Source: an uncultured Saprospiraceae bacterium (GTDB taxonomy: Bacteria > Bacteroidota > Bacteroidia > Chitinophagales > Saprospiraceae). Taken from it: DNA of 64,000 bases. The stretch is taken from assembly GCA_938015435.1 (NCBI GenBank), contig CALLPN010000009.1, positions 15,092 through 79,091 of the forward strand, written 5' to 3'. Below the pieces are notes generated by a model. It was not told the origin of the DNA. It searched no databases and worked only from the letters and a program-made list of their open reading frames with translations. The stretch's first letter is position 1, and each line of letters starts with the position of its first letter. Positions 51,099-60,663 of the stretch are shown here, piece after piece. Made by a program: the position numbers and the translations under genes.

Positions 51099-51689
51099 TT
51101 AAGAAAGTTGTTTTAACGCTGCCTTAATCAAATCTTCCACTTTCGTGATATTCGGTTGATTCGCGATGATCGCATTTAGTTGTTTGTTAACTATATTTTT
51201 TGGGAAGCCTAAAGCAATCATAGCAGATAACGCCTCATCTACGATAGTATTGCTCATGGTAGGCGTAATATTGTCCGCTACGGCACCATCTTTTAATACT
51301 TTGTCTTTGAGATCTAAAATAATCCTTTTGGCCGTCTTAGGGCCGATGCCTTTAATCTTATTGAGCGTTGCTACTTGCTCATTGATGATAGCCGCTCTCA
51401 TTTCGTCTACATTCATCCCAGAAAGCATGACTCTAGCGGTATTTACGCCCACACCGGATACGGAGATAAGATGTTTGAATAGATTGCGTTCTCTTTCATC
51501 GTAAAAACCATATAATGCATGTCCATCTTCTTTGACTTGCATGTAGGTCAAAATCTTAATGTCTTCCTTTTCCTCTATCTGCTGATAGGTATTAAGGCTG
51601 ATATTGACATGATACCCTACTCCTCCACATTCAACGTAGATATACGCTGGATTTTTGAAGGTGATTTTTCCTTTGAGATATGCTATCAA
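51099..51689 (-). CDS. ruvA: Holliday junction branch migration protein RuvA
   Basis: (M)IAYLKGKITFKNPAYIYVECGGVGY... plus HhH motifs (VSGVGVNTA, IKGIGPKTAKRI). A TTG start at 51689 gives the canonical N-terminus. Confidence 0.9.
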   Translation of the reverse strand: MIAYLKGKITFKNPAYIYVECGGVGYHVNISLNTYQQIEEKEDIKILTYMQVKEDGHALYGFYDERERNLFKHLISVSGVGVNTARVMLSGMNVDEMRAAIINEQVATLNKIKGIGPKTAKRIILDLKDKVLKDGAVADNITPTMSNTIVDEALSAMIALGFPKNIVNKQLNAIIANQPNITKVEDLIKAALKQLS

Positions 51690-51952
51690 AACTGCTGTTT
51701 TAAAAGTGTTAAAATAAGTGCGCAAATGTAGGTAAATAAAGGGCTACTGTCTAAGATCACCTGTTCGAAAAGGTCGAAATCAACATTTGCTATAGATAGT
51801 TAAGAGTGTCATCTCAAAACCAAGAAGACAAAGTTAAACATATTATTAAATTTCATCATATAAAAAGAACTAAAAATCAATGAAGTAGAATTCTTTATAT
51901 TAAGAATCAATATTCCTACTCCAATCTTGAAGTAACAAGTCACTAAGCTTTA

Positions 51953-51960
51953 TATCTTTG
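51953..51960 (+). promoter_or_regulatory. Candidate -7 promoter box (TAnnTTTG)
   Basis: TATCTTTG lies 53 nt upstream of ATG 52013. Confidence 0.35.
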
Positions 51961-52012
51961 TTATTCTTATATTAAAATTGTAAATGCGTAAAAAGCACTA
52001 GATTATAGACTT

Positions 52013-52384
52013 ATGAACGATAATGTATCCAGAATCATTTATTGGATAGCAACTGTGGCTATGTGTGGTGTTTTTGCTTTCTCAGCACAGATGTATTTGC
52101 GTAATCCGGATATGGTAGCGGGCTTTTTCAAGATGCTGAGTTATCCTGACTACCTTGTTTACCCATTAGCTGTAGCCAAGATATTAGGAATCGTGGCTAT
52201 CTTATCCAATAAGTCAAAGATGCTTTCTGAGTGGGCTTACGCTGGATTTTTTTTCGATGCGGTATTAGCTTTTACAGCGCATTACGTAGCAAAAGATGGT
52301 GGTGAGATGTTTTCTATCATTGCGATTGCATCGACTATCATCAGTAGATATCTCTGGAGTAAAAGGTGTTCTCACTTTACTTAG
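52013..52384 (+). CDS. DoxX family membrane protein
   Basis: 123 aa with four TM helices, matching DoxX-like size and pattern. Confidence 0.6.
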   Translation: MNDNVSRIIYWIATVAMCGVFAFSAQMYLRNPDMVAGFFKMLSYPDYLVYPLAVAKILGIVAILSNKSKMLSEWAYAGFFFDAVLAFTAHYVAKDGGEMFSIIAIASTIISRYLWSKRCSHFT

Positions 52385-52430
52385 ACATCTTCAATTCATT
52401 AAAATATAACATTAGAAACAAAAACTAAAC

Positions 52431-53525
52431 ATGATTTTACTTCTTATTTATGCCGTTGCTTCGATTTTCTTTTCTTTTATGTGTTCTATATGGGAAGCAG
52501 TTTTGCTTAGTATCACTCCTGCCTATACCAATACTAAAGTGCAAGAAGGATCTAGTATGGGGAAGTCTCTTAAAGAATTTAAAGAAGACATCGACAAACC
52601 TTTATCCGCAATACTCACTTTAAATACTATTGCACATACGGTGGGGGCTATTATGGTTGGAACCCAAGCTGCTAAATTATATGGAACATCAGAGCCATTA
52701 TTAGAACCATTTGGCTTTGCTATTACATGGGAATTTATCATTGCAGTAATAATGACCTTATTGATACTAGTTCTGTCAGAAATTATTCCAAAAACTATCG
52801 GTGCCAGTAATTGGAAGAATCTTGCACCTTTCACAGTAAAGTCAATCAATTTACTTTTAATCCTTCTCATGCCATTGATTTGGTTTAGTTCATTGATTAC
52901 TAGAAGATTTAAAGGTGGCGGTGGTCATGGATCGAGTGTACTGAGTAGAGCTGATTTTTTAGCGATGACTAATGTAGGCACAGCAGATGGGACCATTGCT
53001 GAAAATGAATCTAAGATCATTAAAAACCTATTGACTTTAGAAAAACTTAAAGTAGAAGATATCATGACGCCACGAATCGTAATGAATCTTGCTAACGAGG
53101 ACATGACACTAGAAGAATACTATAATGCTAATAAACCGTTTAGATTTAGTAGGATCCCTCTCTATAATGGAGATACTGCAAATACTATTACTGGAGTCGT
53201 ACTCAAAGATGAGATCCTATCGGAAATGCTCGAAGGTAGAGGAGATAAAAAGCTTCAGTCTATTAGAAGGCCAGCGCACATGATCAATGAAAATAGTTTG
53301 CTTACAGAATTATTTAATAGCGATACAGGTGTAGGTACGCATATGCATGTAGTCGTAGATCAATATGGAAGCATTACTGGATTAGTAACTATGGAAGATG
53401 TATTAGAGACTATACTCGGTATGGAGATCGTAGACGAAACTGATAAGGTGGTAGATCTCAGAGAGTATGCCCGCAGCAAATGGAAAGAAAGAAGCAAAAA
53501 GATGGGTATAGAAATTCCTGAATAG
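52431..53525 (+). CDS. CNNM/DUF21 plus CBS-pair transporter-associated protein (HlyC/CorC family)
   Basis: An N-terminal four-TM DUF21 region, then a CBS-pair pattern (VEDIMTPR...; GLVTMEDVLETILG). Confidence 0.8.
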   Translation: MILLLIYAVASIFFSFMCSIWEAVLLSITPAYTNTKVQEGSSMGKSLKEFKEDIDKPLSAILTLNTIAHTVGAIMVGTQAAKLYGTSEPLLEPFGFAITWEFIIAVIMTLLILVLSEIIPKTIGASNWKNLAPFTVKSINLLLILLMPLIWFSSLITRRFKGGGGHGSSVLSRADFLAMTNVGTADGTIAENESKIIKNLLTLEKLKVEDIMTPRIVMNLANEDMTLEEYYNANKPFRFSRIPLYNGDTANTITGVVLKDEILSEMLEGRGDKKLQSIRRPAHMINENSLLTELFNSDTGVGTHMHVVVDQYGSITGLVTMEDVLETILGMEIVDETDKVVDLREYARSKWKERSKKMGIEIPE

Positions 53526-53618
53526 GTTTGTGTTAGGTATGGAAAACATTCTGCAACTTTTGAGAAAATAAACTGATACACCTTAGAGTTTATATTTATT
53601 GAAAGCGTTTCCTTAATA

Positions 53619-54479
53619 ATGGAAATAATACAAGATACATTTTCGGATTATTTTCATGTAGCAATATTCTATTTACCTAAGTATTTAGTTGCAATAGTCA
53701 CTTTAGTCATACTTGCATTTATTCTTTTTGGATTAAGAAAGAAGATCTCAACGTATCTTATTTCTCGCGCTGATGATAAACTTTTGGTCAATTTTATTGA
53801 TAGTACATTCAAATCATCAATATGATCCTTGGGGCGAGTTTATTTCTAAATATCACCGATAATAGTTCTATCGCTAAAGAGATATTAGGCGCTGCTGGAA
53901 TCTCCGCATTTGTAATTGGATTTGCGTTCAAGGATATCGGTGAAAATTTATTGGCCGGAATAATATTAGCCTTTAACCGTCCTTTTCCATTAGATGATTT
54001 CATCAAAACTGATGATATAGAAGGCAGTATATTAGAAGTAAGTCTAAGATACTCACATCGAAACATCGGATGGCAAAGATGACTACGTCCCAAATGGACA
54101 AATTCTCAAAAACCCATTATTCAATTATACCATAGATGGATATTTGAGAAAGCAATTTCAAATAGGCATCGGATATGAAAGTGACATCAAACGAGTACGA
54201 GAGTTAGTATACCAAGGGCTCATTAAAATTCCTAGAATACTAACTCAAACAAAAGTCTCTTCAGTTCAAATCAGCGAATTGGGCGACAGTGCTATTATTG
54301 TTACTGCTCAATATTAAATCAATGCACTTAATAAAAAATATTCTTCGGCTGAGATGCAGAATGCGGCTATCAGTAATGTGTTTCATGTATTGCAATCTAA
54401 AGGTATTTCATTACCAGGCAATGTCATTGAGGTAAAGCAATTAAAGGTTTTTTCACTTATGAGAAATCGCCATCTCTAG
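53619..54479 (+). pseudogene. Mechanosensitive channel (MscS family) pseudogene: two frameshifts plus an in-frame stop
   Basis: Three consecutive pieces lie in different frames. Piece 1 is 53619-53825 (N-terminal TM). Piece 2 is 53822-54082 (FVIGFAFKDIGENLLAGIILAFNRPF...). Piece 3 runs from ~54069 in the +1 frame (SDGKDDYVPNGQILKNPLFNYT...VTAQY) and is interrupted by TAA at 54315-54317. The 3' limit is uncertain. Confidence 0.75.
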
Positions 54480-55439
54480 CATCTCATCGATTCCATTTTC
54501 GATATCTATAGCATTATTTTCAATCATCACATCAGGTTGTACACCGATCTCTATAGAGGTACCTTCTTTATCTATAAAATCACTAACAGACACTGCCACT
54601 AGCCAACCGTTAGATAATTGATAACCGAGATTTCCGCCTCCACCTCCGCCAGTCACTTGTCCCATTAAAGTAACATTATCTAAGCCTTTCATCATTGCCG
54701 AAAAATACGATGTAGCACTATAGCTTCCTCTATTGATCAATACGACTATCGGTATGTCAAAATGGAAATCCTCATCTGGATTAGCAAATACTCTAATAGG
54801 ATGAGTAGTATCATTATGATCAGGACCATTCTTTTCTATATACGCACCGAGCAAGGTTTTCTCTTTTACCAAAGCACCCAATAGATCAGGTATATTATTA
54901 GAGTCTCCTCCTCCATTACTACGCATATCTATCACCAGCTTATTTACTTCCCTGGATTTCATTTCTTCAAATACTGATTTGAATGCTCTATATCTATTAA
55001 AGACAGAAAGGTTGACATATCCAACATTGTCATTGAGCATCGCCCAATATAGATTGCCATCGGCGCCTAGAGAATCGACTACATAATTTCGTTTGACTAG
55101 ATCCAATTCAAAATGAATTTCATAACCATCTCTAAAGTCATATCCTGCGGAGCGACCTTCTGGTCTTTGCAATCTATTGTGAGTATCTTTTAAGGTACGC
55201 AATGCATTACCGAATATTTCGAACAATTCGTCATCTGTGGTATTCTCGCTGATTAATGATTCGTACTGATTTTTTACTTCGAGCCAATCGACTTCTTTCT
55301 CTTCAAAGTAGATATAATTATGATCAACCCAAGTCCAAAATTCATCAAACAACTGAGATTGGTTGTTTCTTTCTAAATCTAACTGAGAACAAGAAAGCAT
55401 AGACTGAATAACAAGTAATAGAAATAATATATTTTTCAT
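54453..55439 (-). CDS. S41 family peptidase (C-terminal processing peptidase-like) lipoprotein
   Basis: Lipobox (SMLSCSQ). VIDMRSNGGGDS and the downstream Ser/Lys region are typical of S41. Start chosen at MKNILF (55439). Confidence 0.75.
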   Translation of the reverse strand: MKNILFLLLVIQSMLSCSQLDLERNNQSQLFDEFWTWVDHNYIYFEEKEVDWLEVKNQYESLISENTTDDELFEIFGNALRTLKDTHNRLQRPEGRSAGYDFRDGYEIHFELDLVKRNYVVDSLGADGNLYWAMLNDNVGYVNLSVFNRYRAFKSVFEEMKSREVNKLVIDMRSNGGGDSNNIPDLLGALVKEKTLLGAYIEKNGPDHNDTTHPIRVFANPDEDFHFDIPIVVLINRGSYSATSYFSAMMKGLDNVTLMGQVTGGGGGGNLGYQLSNGWLVAVSVSDFIDKEGTSIEIGVQPDVMIENNAIDIENGIDEMLEMAISHK

Positions 55440-55458
55440 GATGGTTTTCTTTTTGTAA

Positions 55459-56262
55459 CTAATGAATATACGAAGCACCTAACTCGATACTATTATCTGT
55501 AAGTGAAACCGATTTGCCAGTGGTATTGGCATACAGTAATTGTGAATTAAAATTCAATGACAATTCGACCTTATCATTGAGAGCATATTGCAAACTGAAT
55601 GAAACATTAAGTGATCGATATTTATTGATCGTTACCACCCTACCGCTTTTCAGCAATGGGCCAGTAAGACCTCCTCTCATCGGAGTAAAAGTATCTTCCT
55701 CGAGGTACTGTTTAGGATATGGATGCCCATGTTCTGGCTGTATGACATATGCCAGTATTGGTAGTTGAGCATTAGCTCTAAGGCTTATCCGTTCATTGTT
55801 TAGAATACCTGATTTTTCATAAGATACCATAGGACCAAGAGAAGCCGAAAGCATATAGCTAATGGGGTTGTTATTAAAAAGGCCTGTTCGACTCTTTGGC
55901 AAATTTAATAAGGTTGTATGATCAATAAATCCACCTAACCAGACCCCATTTGGTGTTTTTCTTAGATAGGAATAATTAGCCTTTGGCATTATCGAATTTA
56001 GACTCAACAGAGAACCACTGCTATTAGACGCATACGTAAAATCAATGTCTATTTGACTTATCCTTTTATCATTCATTTTTCGGTAAGACATACCATATTT
56101 AGGCGACCAAGCTTTTTGCGGTAAGGCGCTAATCCTTGCATCCGTAATAGTAGTATGCGATAGACCAATGGTAACTTTAAGTTCGTTTCGATTGGTACCC
56201 TCTTGACTGATCGCAAGACATGTGATCAGTATAATGAATGTAGTAGATAATATGTATTTCAT
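55459..56262 (-). CDS. Outer-membrane beta-barrel-like hypothetical protein
   Basis: Signal peptide and alternating strand pattern. No motif recognised. Confidence 0.5.
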   Translation of the reverse strand: MKYILSTTFIILITCLAISQEGTNRNELKVTIGLSHTTITDARISALPQKAWSPKYGMSYRKMNDKRISQIDIDFTYASNSSGSLLSLNSIMPKANYSYLRKTPNGVWLGGFIDHTTLLNLPKSRTGLFNNNPISYMLSASLGPMVSYEKSGILNNERISLRANAQLPILAYVIQPEHGHPYPKQYLEEDTFTPMRGGLTGPLLKSGRVVTINKYRSLNVSFSLQYALNDKVELSLNFNSQLLYANTTGKSVSLTDNSIELGASYIH

Positions 56263-56407
56263 GATTGTCTCTTATTGGTGATGAGACAAATATGAATACA
56301 AATTCTACTTCAACACGAATCTAAGTGACGGCCATCAAGATAGTGTGATGAATAGCAAATTGTTAGTGGCCACAAGAGATTGCTATATACCACAAGGCCC
56401 ATGATAA

Positions 56408-57235
56408 TCAATGAGTTAACAATAAATTTCTTATTGTAGCTACTTTAGATCTAGCTACCGGAATTGTGTTTTCTAAGCCTAATAAATTGAGCTTAGAGTT
56501 GGTGACATTACCTTTAATATCTAAGATTTTGGAAATATTGACTAAGTAGGATCTATGACATTGAATAACCGAATCGCTATCCAATTGGGCATAAATATTT
56601 TTCAATGTATTGCGAATCATATATCGAGAAGGAATACCATCAGTTGTGCAGTATACGATTACATAATTGTCACTACTTTTGATACATAATAGATCATTAT
56701 ATGTTGTACTTATTACTTCAGATTGATTAGAGCTTTTGAGTATGATTTCATTTGCACTAATAATATCGACTGCTTGAGTTGGTTCTGCATATTTCACATC
56801 TCTATAAGCAATATATAGAAATAAGAAATAAACGGCCAAAGGGACGATAGCAACGGCTGTAGCCGATACGATAAATCCAGAAAAAATGGAAAAGTCAAAA
56901 TCTACTTGAAAAACAAGAGTCCAATAGATAAAGCATGCGACGAGACAAAAAATGAGATTCATTAAAACGAATATCACTTCAGACATAATCGACCAGCGAT
57001 CTACGCTCCTATCCGTCAATAACGATTTGGAAATCAAAAAATAAACTATACTCCCTACAAAAACTACTACACCATATCCAGCAAGAATCCAATATTTGAA
57101 TGGATGCTGAAAACTAGCAGTTCCGAAAGGCTCGAAAGCTATCAATATAAAACTAATCGATAGCGCAATTGCGAACGAAACCTTAGAAAATATACTTTGA
57201 CTTGCCTTTGGATATGGAACAGTGAATGGATTCAT
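56408..57235 (-). CDS. Membrane-anchored LytTR-domain DNA-binding protein
   Basis: Four to five N-terminal TM helices. The C-terminal part LLCIKSSDNYVIVYCT...IQCHRSYLVNISKI matches the LytTR domain. Confidence 0.8.
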   Translation of the reverse strand: MNPFTVPYPKASQSIFSKVSFAIALSISFILIAFEPFGTASFQHPFKYWILAGYGVVVFVGSIVYFLISKSLLTDRSVDRWSIMSEVIFVLMNLIFCLVACFIYWTLVFQVDFDFSIFSGFIVSATAVAIVPLAVYFLFLYIAYRDVKYAEPTQAVDIISANEIILKSSNQSEVISTTYNDLLCIKSSDNYVIVYCTTDGIPSRYMIRNTLKNIYAQLDSDSVIQCHRSYLVNISKILDIKGNVTNSKLNLLGLENTIPVARSKVATIRNLLLTH

Positions 57236-57285
57236 TTATACAACCTTAATTTCCGAGTATTATTTTCAAAAAATTAGTCATTTTT

Positions 57286-57796
57286 CGTGAACGAAGATTG
57301 ATCTGGAATTTTGTACCAAGTTCAGCTTATTTTGACTATCAATTTCGTTTTTGTTTTTCTTTAAATGAGATTCATCTTGAACGAAGATTGATCTGGAATT
57401 TTGTACCAAGTTCAACTTACATGACTATCAACTTCGTTTTTGTTTTTTTCTATATGAGATCTATCGTGAACGAAGATTGATCTGGAATCTTATACCAAGT
57501 TCAGCTTATTTTGACCATCAACTTCGTTTTTGTTTTATTTAAATGAAATCTATCGTGAACGAAGATTGATCTCAACTCTATTGCAAGTTGAATTTATTAA
57601 GAGTATCAACTTCGTTTTATGTTTTTCTACATGAGATCTGTCGTGAACGAAGATTGATCTGGAATCTTATACCAAGTTCAGCTTATTTTGACTATCAACT
57701 TCGTTTTTGTTTTATTTAAATGAAATCTATCGTGAACGAAGATTGATCTCAACTCTATTGCATGTTGAATTTATTAAGACTATCAACTTCGTTTTA
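57286..57796. repeat. Tandem hairpin-unit array A3 (six 88-90-bp units)
   Basis: C[G/T]TGAACGAAGATTGATCT occurs at 57286, 57376, 57465, 57554, 57642 and 57731, each partnered by ATCAA[C/T]TTCGTT. Units 3+4 are re-duplicated as units 5+6. The last unit contains the smpB stop (TTA 57794-57796). Confidence 0.95.
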
Positions 57797-58258
57797 TGTA
57801 TACCTTTTCATTTCTCTATCTAGTTCGCGTTTTACATCCTTTTCCTTGATGCTATTTCGCTTATCAAAAGACTTTTTACCTTGGGCCAACCAAATATTTA
57901 ATTTGACAAAACCTCTTTCCGAAAAGTAGATTTTATAGGGTACTAATGTCAAGCCTTTTTCATCAAGCTTACGTTTAATTTTTTTGAGTTCTGGCTTTCG
58001 CAGTAAGAGTCTTCTATCTGCACGAGTCTCATGGTTATTGATATTACCATGATCGTATTCTGCGATAAACATACTCTTGATTATCAGATTACCATTATCA
58101 AAAATACAATACGCATCAGCTAGATTAGCGTTACCTGACCTCATAGCTTTCACTTCCGTGCCCTTAAGCATTATGCCTGCTTCGAATTCATCGACAAGAG
58201 TATATTCGTACTTTGCCTTTCTATTTACTATTACTGGAGTATCTGTCTGTTTCGCCAT
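57794..58258 (-). CDS. smpB: SsrA-binding protein SmpB
   Basis: NRKAKYEYTLVDEFEAGIMLKGTEVKAMR... is the canonical SmpB N-terminus. Size 154 aa. Confidence 0.95.
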   Translation of the reverse strand: MAKQTDTPVIVNRKAKYEYTLVDEFEAGIMLKGTEVKAMRSGNANLADAYCIFDNGNLIIKSMFIAEYDHGNINNHETRADRRLLLRKPELKKIKRKLDEKGLTLVPYKIYFSERGFVKLNIWLAQGKKSFDKRNSIKEKDVKRELDREMKRYT

Positions 58259-60466
58259 CTATGGTCTAATTGGATCTTGATTCCCTGCATTATTTGATTG
58301 CAAGCTTTCTTTAAGGAAGTTAGTCATTTTCGTATACAGATGTATCCTTGCATTATCTCCGTATATACCATGGTTACGATTAGTGTAATAGTACTGATCA
58401 AACTGCTTGTTAGCTTCTATCAATGCTCTAGTCATCTCAGCAGAATGTTGAAAATGTACATTATCATCTCCTCCTCCATGGATAAGCAAATAATCACCTT
58501 TGAGTCTGTCCGCAAAGTAAATTGGAGAGTTATCCTTATACCCACTTTCGTTCTCCATGAGCGTACGCATATATCTCTCTGTATAAATTGTATCATACCA
58601 CTTCCAACTTGTTACTGGTGCTACTGCTATCGCCGCTTTGAATACATCATTACCTTTTAGTATTGCTAAAGAAGACATATATCCACCGTACGACCAGCCA
58701 AAAATTCCAACATTATTTGCATCTACATTAGGCAATGTACCCAACCATTTAGCAGTCTCAATCATATCCATAGTCTCATACTTACCAAGCTCTAGATATG
58801 TCTGCTTACGAAACTCTTCGCCTCTAGCGCCTGTACCTCTTGGATCGACACAGACTACGATGAATCCTTGCTGAGTAAGATGCTGATACCACCAGTAGTT
58901 AGATCCCTTCCATGAGTCAGTTACTTGCTGACTATTAGGGCCACTGTATTGCGTTACGAGTACCGGATACTTTTTCCCTTTCTGCATATTACGCGGTTGC
59001 ATCATCCAACCGTTAAGTTTTACATTTTCGCTTGTAGTAAAATCAAAAAACTTTGCTTTAACAGTTCCATATGCTTGCTGCTTCTCCACTAGAGTTTTGT
59101 TATCTTCCAGTGCTCTTACTAGATCACCATTACGCGCATATACATTGTAAGTCGATGGAGTGTTGATCGTACTATTCGAAAGTATGTAATAATCAAAAGT
59201 ACTACTGAATGTTGCACTGCTTGTTCCAGTTTTTTTGTCCAAGACTTTAGGCTTTTTGCCTTTGTATCCTATTTCGAAAACTCTTTTCTCCATTGGAGTT
59301 CGATCCGCAGCTTGGTAATATATCTTTTTCATTTTCTCATCCACACCATAAAAGGCTGTTACGTCATAATTACCTTTAGTCAATGCTCTTTTTTCTTTAC
59401 CATTCATTCCATATAGGTAGATATGATTGAACCCATCCTTCTCACTAGTCCAGATGAACTCTTTACCATTCTCCAAGAATGTAAGATTATCATGTATATC
59501 AATATAGTACTTACTCTTTTCGTCTAACATTACTGAAGAAGAACCATCTTTAGCGTTGACTATGTATAGCTCTAAGTGATTTTGATGACGATTCATTTTA
59601 TAGGCACATAATTTACTTTCGTCCGTTGTCCACTTAAGCCTTGGAATGTACATATCATCTAGATTTCCTAAATCCACTTTGACTGTCTTTCCTTTGCCAC
59701 CTACATGATAGATATGTGCAGATACCTTTGCATTCTCTTCGCCTACTTTAGGATACTTAAAAACAATATTTTCTGGATACATCTCATCGTTATACATCTG
59801 CATTGTAAATTCCTTAACAGCTGTCTCATCAAACCTAATAAAAGCGATTTTCTTACTATCTGGTGACCAGAAAAAAGCCTTAGCAAAAGAAAACTCTTCC
59901 TCATACACCCAATCTGCTGCACCATTGATGATCTTATTATATGCACCGTCAGTAGTAATTGCGGTTATCTTATTTGTCGCTAGGTCTTTTGTATACAAGT
60001 TATTATTGTAAACAAAAGCGATGTGTTTATCATCAGGAGATAATGTACCATAGCTGATTTTGTCACCATCAAAGACTTCAGAGAGTTTCATTGTAGCTCT
60101 GTCATACACATAGTAATTAGCCTTAAATGATCTACGATAAATTGATTCTCGGTTATTCATAATGATGATCTTACTTTCATCGCTATTAAACGAGTAGCTT
60201 CCTATACTGAAATCATCACCTAGTTTAGCTCCATCAAGGATATCTTCTACGAAGTCACCAGTCGTCAAATCATACTTTTTGATTACATTATTTTGCTTAC
60301 GAGTATAATGCCTGCCATCATTGAGAAAGTTAAATCCTGGAACTCTCTTAGGTGAAAATGTACGGTTAGTCCAGATATCTTCTAACGAGATTTGCTTTTG
60401 AGCAGTAACATTTGAGCTACTGATATAGAGCATTAGCACTAGTAAGCTTGTGATATATTTTGTCAT
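58259..60466 (-). CDS. Dipeptidyl-peptidase IV (S9B prolyl oligopeptidase family)
   Basis: Signal peptide, a DPPIV N-terminal beta-propeller region and the catalytic GWSYGGYM serine motif. The Asp and His regions are near the C-terminus. Confidence 0.9.
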   Translation of the reverse strand: MTKYITSLLVLMLYISSSNVTAQKQISLEDIWTNRTFSPKRVPGFNFLNDGRHYTRKQNNVIKKYDLTTGDFVEDILDGAKLGDDFSIGSYSFNSDESKIIIMNNRESIYRRSFKANYYVYDRATMKLSEVFDGDKISYGTLSPDDKHIAFVYNNNLYTKDLATNKITAITTDGAYNKIINGAADWVYEEEFSFAKAFFWSPDSKKIAFIRFDETAVKEFTMQMYNDEMYPENIVFKYPKVGEENAKVSAHIYHVGGKGKTVKVDLGNLDDMYIPRLKWTTDESKLCAYKMNRHQNHLELYIVNAKDGSSSVMLDEKSKYYIDIHDNLTFLENGKEFIWTSEKDGFNHIYLYGMNGKEKRALTKGNYDVTAFYGVDEKMKKIYYQAADRTPMEKRVFEIGYKGKKPKVLDKKTGTSSATFSSTFDYYILSNSTINTPSTYNVYARNGDLVRALEDNKTLVEKQQAYGTVKAKFFDFTTSENVKLNGWMMQPRNMQKGKKYPVLVTQYSGPNSQQVTDSWKGSNYWWYQHLTQQGFIVVCVDPRGTGARGEEFRKQTYLELGKYETMDMIETAKWLGTLPNVDANNVGIFGWSYGGYMSSLAILKGNDVFKAAIAVAPVTSWKWYDTIYTERYMRTLMENESGYKDNSPIYFADRLKGDYLLIHGGGDDNVHFQHSAEMTRALIEANKQFDQYYYTNRNHGIYGDNARIHLYTKMTNFLKESLQSNNAGNQDPIRP

Positions 60467-60663
60467 AGGTCTATTCTGAAATTATACAATAAGACTTCAA
60501 AGCTAATAATAACCTTGATTATAGATTAATAAGGCAAGAGCTTTTACTGTCTGTCAAGATACTAACGTCATTTGGGTCTAAATAGATTCCTTTATATTTT
60601 TCCTTAATAGCCGTAGATAAAAAGGTTTCATGCAGATCTTCACGGATATAACTTTCAATAATA

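Noticed and set aside
57298-57480. ORFs lying inside repeat arrays (57298-57480, 60924-61148, 14764-15006, 14786-15022)
   Set aside because: Their periodic peptide sequences simply mirror the DNA repeats. They have no plausible start context and lie on the strand opposite to all neighbouring genes, so I treat them as artefacts of the repeats.
57286-57796. The tandem arrays (also 28122-28337, 36023-36215, 60664-61110 and 62560-63001) as CRISPR arrays
   Set aside because: Whole 59-94-bp units are repeated, including the would-be spacers. There are no unique spacers and no cas genes in the window, and the unit structure is arm-loop-arm rather than repeat-spacer.
57236-58300. tmRNA (ssrA) gene next to smpB
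   Set aside because: No tRNA-like acceptor or T-arm sequence (GGTTCGAATCC-type) and no tag-peptide reading frame were seen around smpB. The spacer is fully explained by the repeat array.
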